Positions 28,012-37,719 of a stretch of DNA of 64,000 bases are shown one piece after another (the stretch's first letter is position 1; every line of letters begins with the position of its first letter). This stretch comes from Deltaproteobacteria bacterium (GTDB lineage: Bacteria > Myxococcota > Kuafuiibacteriia > Kuafuiibacteriales > Kuafuiibacteriaceae). A model generated the notes under the pieces. The model did no database searches. It had not been told where the DNA came from and worked only from the letters and a program-made list of their open reading frames with translations. Location: NCBI GenBank assembly GCA_011526105.1, contig WYAZ01000135.1, forward strand, positions 83,190 to 147,189, read 5' to 3'. The translations under genes were made by a program, and so were the position numbers.

Positions 28012-29410
28012 GGCTCCCGAGGACGACGGCGGCGGCCGCGAGCGCAAACGAGACGACACGCACGGAGACGACCTCGTTCAGCGCGAGGTTCGACCAGATG
28101 ATCGTCGTGACCGCGCCAGTGAGCATCCCGAAGACCACCCCGCGGCCGGTGGTCTTCGGCCAATGTAAGGTCAAAATGAGCGCGGGCCCAAAGGCCGAAG
28201 CGAGGCCAGACCAGGCGTAGCTCACGAGCTCGAGAATCAGCTCCTGGCTGTTGATGGCGAGCCCAAACGCGATGGCACCCAGACCGACGGTCACCAAACG
28301 GCTGAGCTGAACCAGTTGTTTGGGGCTCAGCTCGATGTTCAAGGTTCGATGGAGCACGTCTTCCGCGAGCGCCGAGGTTCCAACGAGGAGTTGTGAGTCG
28401 GCCGTGGACATCATCGCCGCGATCGCGCCGGAGATGAAGATTCCGGCGAGCCAGGCTGGTAAGAGTTCGGTGGCGAGATGCGGCATGAGTTGCTCGCTGT
28501 CGGCGAGCTGCCCGCTGGAGACGAGCGCTACCCCGGTGAAGCCGATCATCAGCGCGCCGACAAACGCCGGGACGGCCCACGCGACCGCGATGCGCTGCCC
28601 GCGCCGCAGGCTCTCCTCGCTGTCGAGGGACATGAAGCGGGCCAGCGTGTGTGGCTGGCCAGAATAGCCGAAGCCCCAAGAGAGGCCCCCGAGGACGGCA
28701 GCCAACGCGGCGACGCCCGTCTTGCCCCCAGTGAAGGAGGCGAGGGTGCCGGTATTCTGGAGGAGCGGCACGAGCTCGATGTCGCGACTCGAAAGCTCCA
28801 CCATCGCCACGAGCGGCAGCACCACCAGAGTTCCGAGCATCAACATCGCCTGCACGAAGTCGGTGTAGGCCACCGCGAAGAACCCGCCCACCATGGTGTA
28901 GAGCACGATCACGCCGCCCCCGATGAGCATGCCGGTGACGGGGTTGATGCCGAAGGTTACGTTGAGGACCTTGCCCGCCCCGTTGAACTGCGCTGCCACG
29001 TAGAACGAGTAGAAGAAGAGCACGATGAGGCTCGCGAGCACGCGGATCGTCCGCGCCTCGCGCTCACCGAAGCGTCGCGCGAGCAGGTCGGGGATGGTGA
29101 TGGCACCGAGGCGCACGCTCTCTCGGCGAAGGCCAGGGGCTACGACCCACCACGCAAACGCGATCCCGAGCACGCTCCCGAGCGCCGTCCAGACCTCGAC
29201 CAGACCCATGGTCATCGCCGCCGCCGGTAGCCCCAGGAGCAACCAGGCAGATTCACCGCTGGCTCGTTCGGAGAATGTGGCGACAAACGGACCGAGTCGT
29301 CGACCAGCGAGCAGGAAGTCCTCCTGCGTCTGGTTCATTCGATAGGTGTAAGCGCCCACGAGCAGCACCACCACGAGATAGACCAAGAAACCCACGAGCA
29401 CCGCGCTCAT
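27971..29410 (-). CDS. sodium:solute symporter family (SSS, PutP/PanF-like) transporter
   Basis: 479 aa with about 13 TM helices. The N-terminus MSAVLVGFLVYLVVVLLVGAYTYRMNQTQEDFLLAGRRLGPF is typical of Na+/proline-type symporters. Confidence 0.85.
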   Translation of the reverse strand: MSAVLVGFLVYLVVVLLVGAYTYRMNQTQEDFLLAGRRLGPFVATFSERASGESAWLLLGLPAAAMTMGLVEVWTALGSVLGIAFAWWVVAPGLRRESVRLGAITIPDLLARRFGEREARTIRVLASLIVLFFYSFYVAAQFNGAGKVLNVTFGINPVTGMLIGGGVIVLYTMVGGFFAVAYTDFVQAMLMLGTLVVLPLVAMVELSSRDIELVPLLQNTGTLASFTGGKTGVAALAAVLGGLSWGFGYSGQPHTLARFMSLDSEESLRRGQRIAVAWAVPAFVGALMIGFTGVALVSSGQLADSEQLMPHLATELLPAWLAGIFISGAIAAMMSTADSQLLVGTSALAEDVLHRTLNIELSPKQLVQLSRLVTVGLGAIAFGLAINSQELILELVSYAWSGLASAFGPALILTLHWPKTTGRGVVFGMLTGAVTTIIWSNLALNEVVSVRVVSFALAAAAVVLGSLSDRRPHPGRSPE

Positions 29411-29441
29411 GGCGGCAGCCTAGCAGACTATCGACCGAAGC

Positions 29442-30980
29442 TCAGTTCTCGCAGTCGAAGAGCGGTTCGGGGCCCGAAGGGTAGAAGCCTCGGATGACCT
29501 CGGCGACCGAGTCCGGCGAGACGGGGCCGCTGGGTGTATCCTGCCAACACACGACCCGATCGGTCCCACAGACCGGCATCGAGAAGCACATCGGAGGCGT
29601 GCTCGCGTGACCTTCCACCAGCGCGGCGTCGCCGAAGCTGGGCATACCTCCGAGCAGCACGAGGCGGATGTCGCTAGGGCGGGCGTCGATCACGGCTTGG
29701 TACGGATCGGCCGCGCCGCCGCTCACGACCAAGATGTCGGCGTACTTTCCGGGGTCGAGTGTGCCCACGTACGCGTCCACCGCCATCTGTTCGGCCGCGA
29801 TCGAGGTCACCATGCCCACGTAGTCCGCGTTCGTGAACGTGCCCGGCCAACGCTCATCCGCGAGTGCCTTGGCGTAACGAAGCTCCGTGAGCGAGTCGTC
29901 TCTTCCTGATGGGGTCCAGTCCGGAGCGATGGAGATGGACACCCCCGCCGCCGCCGCCGCCCCGACGTTCGTGGTGTCTCCGTAGAGCACCATGTTCGAC
30001 GAGGGGGACCAAACGATCTTGGCGCCGGCCACCGCGACATCATCGAAGTCCGGAGGGGTCAGCGCGGTCCCGTGGATGATCACGGTCTCGGGTCGCAGCA
30101 GGCCGAGTCGAACGAGCTCGGTGTACTCTGCATACGCTCGCGCCGAAAGCCCTTCGGCCAGATGAATCATGTACGCGGTGACGTCGCCCGCCACCATGTC
30201 CGCGATGAGGTCTTGCGCCTCCATGTCGTTCACGGTGCCGATCCCGAGCGTGTTGCTCCGCATCTTGTCGCTTGTCCAGCCGTTGTAGCCCGAGGTGAGC
30301 TCGGCGTTTCGAACGAGCCATCGATAGCAGACGCGTGGCTGAGGGGTGCCAAAGATGGTGGTCACCCCGTTGACGAGCGCACGGACCTTGCCCCACTGCA
30401 CCATCGCGCAGAAGCTCGGGGCGACGCTGCTGTTGTCGCGGTACGGGGTGACGAAGGTGCTGTAGCCGGCCGAGCCTCTCCATTGCGTCGCGTCTTGCCA
30501 TAGCTGGCCCGATTCCCACTCCGAGAGCCAGTTGTACGCGACATGATTATGAGCGTCGACGAGGCCCGGAAGGATGACCCCATCGGTGTCGAGCACGGTG
30601 GCCGCACGTGCGAGGGGGGCGCAGGCATCGATGGGGCCCACACACACGATCTTGTCGCCCTCCACGTGAACCTCTCCCGGCATGTAGGGTGCCTGTCCGT
30701 TCATGGGCAGGACAGCACGCCCTCGGAGGAGGAGACCGTCGCCGTTCACGATGATGCCCGCGTCCGGCCGAGGCTCGCTTGCGTCGGCCGGGACCACGCT
30801 CGAGTCCGGCATATTCACGGTGGAGTCGGGGCCGGTCACTCCGGCGTCGAGCCGGGCCCTCGGCTCTCCATCGGGCAACTCGCCTCCATCGGGCGCGGAG
30901 TCTCCCCCGCAGGCCCAGAAGCTGACCGAACACGCCGCGATGAGAATCCCGCGTCGGAGCTCGGCAGGGGCTGGCACCAC
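29442..30980 (-). CDS. secreted amidohydrolase-family metallohydrolase (lipoprotein)
   Basis: Signal and lipobox (ILIAACSVSFWAC). HxH-type metal motif LPGLVDAHNHVAY, IHLAEG, and an internal VIIHGTAL region, characteristic of the amidohydrolase superfamily. Confidence 0.75.
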   Translation of the reverse strand: MVPAPAELRRGILIAACSVSFWACGGDSAPDGGELPDGEPRARLDAGVTGPDSTVNMPDSSVVPADASEPRPDAGIIVNGDGLLLRGRAVLPMNGQAPYMPGEVHVEGDKIVCVGPIDACAPLARAATVLDTDGVILPGLVDAHNHVAYNWLSEWESGQLWQDATQWRGSAGYSTFVTPYRDNSSVAPSFCAMVQWGKVRALVNGVTTIFGTPQPRVCYRWLVRNAELTSGYNGWTSDKMRSNTLGIGTVNDMEAQDLIADMVAGDVTAYMIHLAEGLSARAYAEYTELVRLGLLRPETVIIHGTALTPPDFDDVAVAGAKIVWSPSSNMVLYGDTTNVGAAAAAGVSISIAPDWTPSGRDDSLTELRYAKALADERWPGTFTNADYVGMVTSIAAEQMAVDAYVGTLDPGKYADILVVSGGAADPYQAVIDARPSDIRLVLLGGMPSFGDAALVEGHASTPPMCFSMPVCGTDRVVCWQDTPSGPVSPDSVAEVIRGFYPSGPEPLFDCEN

Positions 30981-31081
30981 ACGAGCATACGGAGTCCAGC
31001 CCTACGAAAACCAGTGCGGTCTGAAAGAAACCCTGAAGCCGCGCGTTTCCGCCCGTAGTCGCCTGTGGAACACTCCATGGC

Positions 31082-32680
31082 ATGACCGCACTCGAGCGAT
31101 CCCTGTGGGGATGGGGTCACGCACAACGCTTTCCCGACCTCGAAGCCCGGCGGGCTCAGGGAGAGCTATTTCAGGCTGCGTTGGGTTTTGCGATCGGTGA
31201 GCCCGCTGCGCCCGCCGCGTTGGACGAGATTCAGATCGCGAAGCCGAGGGTGCCAGTCCCGGCTGAACTCGAGGCGTTCACTCGGTCCGACCTCGAGGCG
31301 CGTGTCCTCCATGCGCAAGGGAAGAGCTACCGGGACCTCATCCGCGGCTTTCACGGTCGCTTCGACAACCCTCCCGACTTTGTGGTCTCTCCGCGGAGCG
31401 AAGCCGAGGTCGAGCGAACCTTCGACTGGGCCGCCGGGGCGAACGTCGCGGTGGTGCCATTTGGCGGCGGCACCAGTGTGGTGGGGGGGGTCGAGTGTCC
31501 TCTGCCGCCGGGACGACGGGGCGTCGTCACGCTGGAGCTCTCACGGCTCTCCAGAGTACTCGAGATCGATGATGTCTCGGAGGTGGCGCGTGTGCAGGCG
31601 GGGGCCCTCGGTCCCGTCTTCGAGGCTCAGTTGCAGTCCGCGGGCTTCACCTTCCGCCACTATCCGCAGTCCTATACTCACTCGACGGTCGGCGGATGGA
31701 TCGCCACTCGAGCGGGTGGCCACTTCGCCACCGGACGCACGCGGATCGACGCGTTCGTCGAGAGCGCTCGCATGCTCACCCCCATCGGGTGGTACGAATC
31801 GCAGCGCTTCCCCTCGAGCGGCGCGGGGCCGAGCCCCGACGCGAGCCTGGTCCTGGGCTCCGAGGGAACGCTGGGCGTCATCACGGAGGCCTGGCTTCGT
31901 GTTCAGCGACCGCCCAAGTTTCGGGCCCGGGCGTCCCTCGGGTTCTCGAGCTTCCACGAAGCGGCGCATGCGGTCCGTTCGATCGTGCAAGCGGGCCTGC
32001 AACCAGCGAACTGTCGCGTACTGGATCCCGTCGAGGCCCAGCTCAATCAAGTCACCCACACCGGCGATGCGGTCCTGCTCCTCGGCTTCGAGTCGACCGA
32101 CCATCCGATGAGCACAGAGGTGCAGCGCGCGGTGGAGCTCGCTCAGGCTGCGGGTGGGCGGCTCTCCGGCCCCGTGCGAGAGACCTCAACAGGACCGACG
32201 GAAGAAGCTGACCGCTGGAAACAGGCGTTCATCGATGCACCGTACCTTCAGAACGTACTCGTGAGCTGCGGGGTCATCGCCGACACCTTCGAGACGGCGT
32301 GCACGTGGTCGCGGTTCGAGGCGCTCGACCGCGGAATTCGGGCGCGAGTGGGCAAGGTTCTCGAGGAGGTCTGTGGTGCTGGTGTGCTCACCGGACGGAT
32401 CACCCATGCGTATTCGGACGGGGTCGCGCCGTACTACACCTTCCTCGCGCCCGGGCGTGGAGGCGCGGAGCTCGAGCAGTGGGAGGCCGTCAAGGAGGCG
32501 GCGAGCTCGACGCTCGCCGACCTCGGAGGGACGATCACCCACCATCATGCGGTGGGACGTGTCCACCAACGTCACTACTCGAAAGAGCGCCCGGTGGTCT
32601 ACGGAGAGGCCTTCCGAGCGTTGCGGGCTCGTCTCGACCCCTCGGGCCTTCTAAACCCCGGCGTCCTAGAAGCGCAGTAG
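31082..32680 (+). CDS. FAD-linked oxidase (FAD-binding PCMH-type; alkyl-DHAP synthase / D-lactate dehydrogenase-like)
   Basis: FAD-binding signature PRSEAEVERTFDWAAGANVAVVPFGGGTSVVGG. The C-terminal region (THHHAVGRVH) is typical of the FAD-oxidase C domain. Confidence 0.8.
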   Translation: MTALERSLWGWGHAQRFPDLEARRAQGELFQAALGFAIGEPAAPAALDEIQIAKPRVPVPAELEAFTRSDLEARVLHAQGKSYRDLIRGFHGRFDNPPDFVVSPRSEAEVERTFDWAAGANVAVVPFGGGTSVVGGVECPLPPGRRGVVTLELSRLSRVLEIDDVSEVARVQAGALGPVFEAQLQSAGFTFRHYPQSYTHSTVGGWIATRAGGHFATGRTRIDAFVESARMLTPIGWYESQRFPSSGAGPSPDASLVLGSEGTLGVITEAWLRVQRPPKFRARASLGFSSFHEAAHAVRSIVQAGLQPANCRVLDPVEAQLNQVTHTGDAVLLLGFESTDHPMSTEVQRAVELAQAAGGRLSGPVRETSTGPTEEADRWKQAFIDAPYLQNVLVSCGVIADTFETACTWSRFEALDRGIRARVGKVLEEVCGAGVLTGRITHAYSDGVAPYYTFLAPGRGGAELEQWEAVKEAASSTLADLGGTITHHHAVGRVHQRHYSKERPVVYGEAFRALRARLDPSGLLNPGVLEAQ

Positions 32681-32739
32681 ATCCAGCGACGAGTGCTCGA
32701 GTGAACTCGCCGTGCCGACACCGACATCCGGCAAGTGAG

Positions 32740-33723
32740 CTACTCCTTGGGGAGCGCGTCCAGGGTCAGCTTCGCGTTCTTTCGCGATGTCACGACCATG
32801 AAGTCGTAGACATCGATCAAGTCCTGGGGCTCCAGTCCTCGACGGAAGAGGCTTCGATCCACGAGCTGAACCATCTCGACGTAAGCCTCATAGAGCTTCC
32901 CGTGTGGACGAGCCTGATGCTCCAGAGTGGGGGCCGCCCACTGAGCCTGCTTCCTGAACACGGAAGGACGAACCACCACATGCTCCTTCGGCAGAGCGAG
33001 TGCACCAAAGACGGTGACGAGAGGCCAGCTTGGCGGGCTCGCTCCGAGTGGAGTCAGCGCAGTGATGAGTGCGTCGAAACGCCATGCGAGGCGGTCCTCA
33101 CCATAGAGCAGTCCGCGGATCGCGATGATGGCCTGCTTGCGCTCGAGTCCCGTCAAATCGACAAGTCGCGAGACCTCATCCTTCATTCGGACGAGGTCCG
33201 TTCTCTTCAGGACCTCGATGATTGCGTCCATGTGCTCCATGCAGAGGTCTGATGCGATCGCGCGGTCGAGGGCCTCTTTGCTGAGGACTTCGGCGGCCAT
33301 GGCCAGCACGGGATTACGCAGGCGCTTCAGCTTCCGAGTCACGTCCTGCCCACGCTTCTCTGTGAGCCACTTCTCCCCTTTGAAGCCGCCTGGGAACTCG
33401 TGGCTGAAGAGCAGGGTCTGATCCGCCAGCGACATCAGCTCGCGCCTGGCCTCGGGATCGATCTTCTCCAAACGTCGTCGAGCCCGCGCGGCGTCGAGGC
33501 CGACGCTCAGCTCAGCCACGACGGCGCGTGCGTTCTCGGGAGGTGCCTCGACCGGAACCATCTTATCGTAGTGTCCCTTGCCGATGGTACGCATCCGACC
33601 GTCTTGGAACTGATACCGTCGGCGCCTTGGGCCCTCCCAAGCCAGGATCCCCATGCCCCATTCTTTCATTGTGACGTGCCGATACAGCACGGGTCCGTTC
33701 TCATTGCTCTGTTCTGGATTCAT
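32740..33723 (-). CDS. hypothetical protein with N-terminal DUF3553-like small domain
   Basis: Start refined to ATG 33723 (MNPEQSNENGPVLYRHVTMKEWGMGILAWEG; G..V.H..WG.G pattern). The rest has no recognised motif. Confidence 0.5.
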   Translation of the reverse strand: MNPEQSNENGPVLYRHVTMKEWGMGILAWEGPRRRRYQFQDGRMRTIGKGHYDKMVPVEAPPENARAVVAELSVGLDAARARRRLEKIDPEARRELMSLADQTLLFSHEFPGGFKGEKWLTEKRGQDVTRKLKRLRNPVLAMAAEVLSKEALDRAIASDLCMEHMDAIIEVLKRTDLVRMKDEVSRLVDLTGLERKQAIIAIRGLLYGEDRLAWRFDALITALTPLGASPPSWPLVTVFGALALPKEHVVVRPSVFRKQAQWAAPTLEHQARPHGKLYEAYVEMVQLVDRSLFRRGLEPQDLIDVYDFMVVTSRKNAKLTLDALPKE

Positions 33724-34039
33724 CGCGACCTCCGTTCGGTAGACTGGATTGAGAACTCGAAGCTCGAGGGCACGGGCGGCTCGAGGCACTCCCTGGCTTC
33801 TGTATTCGAACGGGCCACTTTGACGATGAACAACATTTCCTCCTGGGTTGTGGGGCTTAACGCAAAGCGAAACGCCGTGACGTCGAGCGCAGACGAAAGT
33901 GATTTCAGGGCGATACGCGCGCCCTCGGTGTTAAGTTTCAGGTGGCGAGGAGCGGAGAATGGAAACGAACCACGTCACTGATGAATACATTAGCACACGG
34001 GCCCGTATATTGCAAACGCAACCTGGGTTGACGCGAGTG

Positions 34040-34057
34040 TGTCAACACAAGTTGACA
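34040..34057. promoter_or_regulatory. perfect 7-4-7 palindrome TGTCAAC-ACAA-GTTGACA (candidate operator) in a 370-bp intergenic region
   Basis: Read directly. It lies in the AT-richer non-coding stretch 33724..34093, upstream of the minus-strand gene starting at 33723. Each half-site contains TTGACA. Confidence 0.4.
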
Positions 34058-34093
34058 TCGCACCAAAGTGTCTTCAGCAATTCGTTGGGTGTC

Positions 34094-36571
34094 TCAGGGA
34101 AGGTCGAGCGCGAACTCGTTCTCGTAAATCTGTACGCGCTCGAGGCTGCTCAGGAGTCGTTCGAGTGTGTCCGACCAGTGGGCTCCAGTTTGGTTCCCGG
34201 AAAGGACCCCGGAGCGAAGAACGACAATGCCGCCCGGCGCAACGACCAAGCCCGCAGCCGCGGATCCCGAGACCCGAAAGCGCTCGATCTCGAGTTCTCC
34301 GTTCGTGTCCACACAGATCGCGCCGGTGCGTACCGCAAGCGTGCAGGTGTTGACGCTCTCGGTGAGCAGTCCGAGGTTTGAGACCTCGAGATCCACAACC
34401 CGGGCGCGAGTATCGCTGTCGACGTCCAGGCCCGCCCCTCGCGCCGAGTCGATCTGAACGCGTTCCGCCAACAGGTCGCTCGCGTCGACTTTGATGGCCG
34501 CTCGCTCCGAGCCACGGATCGTGAGGTCACGAAGGATTGCTGCTGAGCCCCGTCGCCGGAGGTTCGCACCCGTTTCGCCTCCCCGGATGAGTATCCGCTC
34601 TGCCGTCACGCGACCGGCATCGGTCGACCGGGACTCTCCGGCGTCGAGGACCAACCCCTCCCCGTCGATCGGCAGATGGACACTCAGATCGAAGAGGTCG
34701 AGCTCCGAGGCCCCGGAGGACGAGACTCCGTTGTCGCAGTTTTCGAGCCAAACACGGGTCAGGGTGGCGTGTGCATCCACCGACACGAGACAATCGACGT
34801 CCTTCCGCTCGAGCCCCTCCGAGCGCACGACGAGGTCCTGCACTTCGATCGAGCCGAGCTCGAGCTGCAGAGGTCGATGCAGCTCGAGACCGGACTTGCG
34901 ACACTCCCCGACCCGAGTTCGCGAGAGCCGTATTCGAGCCGGGCCACGCACGTGGATCCCCCGCCGGCTGTCCTCGCCATCGAGCACGACGAGGTCCGAG
35001 ACCGTGGCGCTGAGTGTCTCCGGGGCCTCTGCCCTAAATGCGAGCTGGGCCCCCGAGCTCCCCTCGAGCACGGCCCGTTCGAGGGTCAGGCGTGTGCCGA
35101 GGATGGCCGCGAGCCCCACGCCCAGCCGCTCGTCGTCCTCGCTCGTGTTCGGGGGCACGCTCCCGGACAGGATGTCCCGCACGAAGACGTCGGAGAGCTG
35201 AGCGTCACCGTTTCGGACCAGGATGCCCTGCTCGCGGTGGCTATCGATCTGGACCCGTCTCCCCACGAGCAGCGCCTCCCGGTTGACCTTGATCGCCTGC
35301 GCAAGCCCACGTCGGGACACAAATGACTCGACCTCGCCCTGCGTGCGCGCGCCAACGAGGGACACCGCGCCGCGTTCGGTGTCCTCGATGACCGCCCCGA
35401 TCAGTGTGAGGCTCGAGCCGCTCGAGGCTAGAGCACCGAGCTGTACCCCGCGGAGCAAGATGTCCGTGGCGGTGACCGAAGCTCCATCAACGACTTCGAG
35501 CCCGGTGATGCCTCCGCTCACAACGACTCCGCCGAGACTCGCCGACGCGCCAGGACCGATCGCAGACACGGCGACCGAAGCGCTCGCGATCTCGAGGTCT
35601 CGGATCTCGACCTGAGCTCCGGCCACTCTGAGAGTTCGCTCGTCGAGGCCCAAGACCCGCGTGCGCATGCTGCATGCCCCGACCACTCGAATCCCTGCCG
35701 GCAGATCCGCGCCCAGGTGATCGCCCTTGGAGAGCGCGATCGTAGCCCCGGGTGGAGCAGAGGGCAGGGCCTCGGCGAGGGTCGCGAAGGGATCATTGAT
35801 GGCGCCCGTTCCGCCGGCGGCACCTCCCGCGCGAACATAGCGCGTGGTGCCTACGGGCAGAGCATCGGCGTAGTCCCCGGCGGGGCAGGCCGATCCCACG
35901 ACGCGGCATTCGCTCGAGCCAAAGTGCTGAGCTGCGCCGGGGGCACACGCGATCGAGACGGGGTGAACGGGGGGAACACAGATATCCGGACTGTCTTCGC
36001 CCAGACGCTCCGTCGTCCACCCGGCGGGACAGGGGGTGAGGACCGGAAGCGCGGGCAGGGCGGGCGCAGCGGGCGCTTCGGGCTCACAGCTCAGACACAA
36101 GTAGGTGGATCCTTGGAGCACCGGACATCGGCGTGCGTCGAAGCACTGCTCAACGTCGAAGGATGGAATGCGGACCTCGTTGGGCCGGAAGTCCGGTTCG
36201 CTGAGCCAGGCTGCCAACCCAGCATCGAGACGAAGAGTCTCTACAGTCGGGGGAAGAAGACGGCCCGCGTCCTTGGCGATGGGGATGGGTCCTTCGGAGA
36301 GCTGGTGATCCTCCAGCTCACCCTCGAGGGCGAGGACGTAGAGCGTCTCCGACGCGAACAGCGTGAAGGTGGGCAGCGCACAGCCCCTCACCGCGAACAG
36401 CCGCGGCCGAAACGGATCTTGGCCGAACGCCGCGACGATCGTAGCCTTCGCGTCCAGCATCTCGCAGGGGGAGGGGATGGTGCTCGGGGCCACGCACCCA
36501 AACGCGGAGAGCACCGCGAGCGCAGCTCCATTCGGGGGCAGAGAGTGGCGAGCGAGACTCAACCGCCGCAT
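34094..36571 (-). CDS. right-handed parallel beta-helix repeat lipoprotein (pectate-lyase-fold surface protein)
   Basis: Start refined to ATG 36571 (MRRLSLARHSLPPNGAALAVLSAFGC lipobox). The long body has degenerate about 22-residue repeats rich in G/S/A/V/D/L (…VSGSAAAGLVV…, …ASASVAVSAIGPGASASLGGVVVSGG…) typical of beta-helix proteins. Confidence 0.7.
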   Translation of the reverse strand: MRRLSLARHSLPPNGAALAVLSAFGCVAPSTIPSPCEMLDAKATIVAAFGQDPFRPRLFAVRGCALPTFTLFASETLYVLALEGELEDHQLSEGPIPIAKDAGRLLPPTVETLRLDAGLAAWLSEPDFRPNEVRIPSFDVEQCFDARRCPVLQGSTYLCLSCEPEAPAAPALPALPVLTPCPAGWTTERLGEDSPDICVPPVHPVSIACAPGAAQHFGSSECRVVGSACPAGDYADALPVGTTRYVRAGGAAGGTGAINDPFATLAEALPSAPPGATIALSKGDHLGADLPAGIRVVGACSMRTRVLGLDERTLRVAGAQVEIRDLEIASASVAVSAIGPGASASLGGVVVSGGITGLEVVDGASVTATDILLRGVQLGALASSGSSLTLIGAVIEDTERGAVSLVGARTQGEVESFVSRRGLAQAIKVNREALLVGRRVQIDSHREQGILVRNGDAQLSDVFVRDILSGSVPPNTSEDDERLGVGLAAILGTRLTLERAVLEGSSGAQLAFRAEAPETLSATVSDLVVLDGEDSRRGIHVRGPARIRLSRTRVGECRKSGLELHRPLQLELGSIEVQDLVVRSEGLERKDVDCLVSVDAHATLTRVWLENCDNGVSSSGASELDLFDLSVHLPIDGEGLVLDAGESRSTDAGRVTAERILIRGGETGANLRRRGSAAILRDLTIRGSERAAIKVDASDLLAERVQIDSARGAGLDVDSDTRARVVDLEVSNLGLLTESVNTCTLAVRTGAICVDTNGELEIERFRVSGSAAAGLVVAPGGIVVLRSGVLSGNQTGAHWSDTLERLLSSLERVQIYENEFALDLP

Positions 36572-36669
36572 GATCGGGAAGACCCGCCTCCGGGTCAACG
36601 AGCGAGGCTCTTCGGCGCGTGAGGTCTCCTGAACTCGCCTCTGGCCACGTTCCGTGCTCGAGTTCGTCC

Positions 36670-37302
36670 ATGCGAGGTATGGCACCCAACCTGGTCGGCT
36701 TGGCCCTAGTGGCGGGATACGGTTGCGCGGGGCCCGAAGCGAGAGGCGTCGAGATGAACGCGCGAGATAGCCAACTCGGGCAGCAGGTGGAGATCGCGGG
36801 CGAGGCCCAGAATGCCAAGGGTGGCGCCGTGATCCTCACGGACGGGAACGAGCCCATCTACGTTCGGGGACTCGAGCGATGGCACACGGAGCTCGAGGGG
36901 CAACGCCTCGAAGTCGCAGGAACGCTCTACCGACGGGAAGGCCTTGCGTCACCCGCGGCGGAAGGGGGCCAAGAGGTCGCCTCTGGCATCGAAGGCGAGC
37001 AGCGGTACCTCGACGCGGCGCCGGCATGGAAGAAGACGCTGGGGCGCATTACGGTGGTGACCGGTACCGCGAGAAACGCAGGGGCCGGACCGGTCATCGT
37101 CACCCCCATCGGCCCCTTGTACGTCCACGAAGCCGGTGAACGATGGCCCAACGAAGTCGTGGGCAAGACCGTCACCGGGGTGGGGCGCCTCATGCGCAAC
37201 AAGCGACCCGTCACCCAAGAGAACGACGACTCGGAGTTCGGTGGTCGGCCGGAGCTCACGGAGGAGTGGGCGCTTCGACACTCGGCTTGGTTCGTCGAGT
37301 AG
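36670..37302 (+). CDS. hypothetical lipoprotein
   Basis: Start refined to ATG 36670 (MRGMAPNLVGLALVAGYGC lipobox). Its 3' end overlaps the convergent ComEA-like gene by 47 nt, which lowers confidence in the C-terminus. Confidence 0.45.
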   Translation: MRGMAPNLVGLALVAGYGCAGPEARGVEMNARDSQLGQQVEIAGEAQNAKGGAVILTDGNEPIYVRGLERWHTELEGQRLEVAGTLYRREGLASPAAEGGQEVASGIEGEQRYLDAAPAWKKTLGRITVVTGTARNAGAGPVIVTPIGPLYVHEAGERWPNEVVGKTVTGVGRLMRNKRPVTQENDDSEFGGRPELTEEWALRHSAWFVE

Positions 37303-37600
37303 GCTGAACGAAGATCCACGGCGCGAGGCGCCGATAGGTCTTGGCGCCGATGCCCTTCATTCGCAGAAGCTCACGAGGATGCTGAAACGCGCGTTTCGAG
37401 CGCCGATGGATGATCTCCTCCGCGCGCTTGGGGCCGATGCCAGGTAGACGCACGAGCTGTTGCACGGACGCTCGATTGAGATCGATGGCCGCAGTCGGCG
37501 TGCGTGTAAGCGGGGTCGCGCGAAGAGAAAAGCTAGCGAAGAACAGGACGAAGAAGAGGCAGAGGATCAAGGCGAGGTGAAGGATGCGAGTGCTGAGCAT
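37256..37600 (-). CDS. ComEA-family helix-hairpin-helix DNA-binding protein with N-terminal membrane anchor
   Basis: Start refined to ATG 37600 (MLSTRILHLALILCLFFVLFF anchor). HhH motifs IDLNRASVQQLVRLPGIGPKRAEEII and LLRMKGIGAKTYRRLAP. Confidence 0.75.
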   Translation of the reverse strand: MLSTRILHLALILCLFFVLFFASFSLRATPLTRTPTAAIDLNRASVQQLVRLPGIGPKRAEEIIHRRSKRAFQHPRELLRMKGIGAKTYRRLAPWIFVQPTRRTKPSVEAPTPP

Positions 37601-37719
37601 GCCGGCGTGGCTAGCGAGGCCCGTGCCAAGTCCAAATGCGCCTTGGCCCTTGGAGGAACGGGATCGGCGTGTTGTTGGTTCGTTCGGAATCCGGACGCTC
37701 TCCGGAATTCGAACCATCG

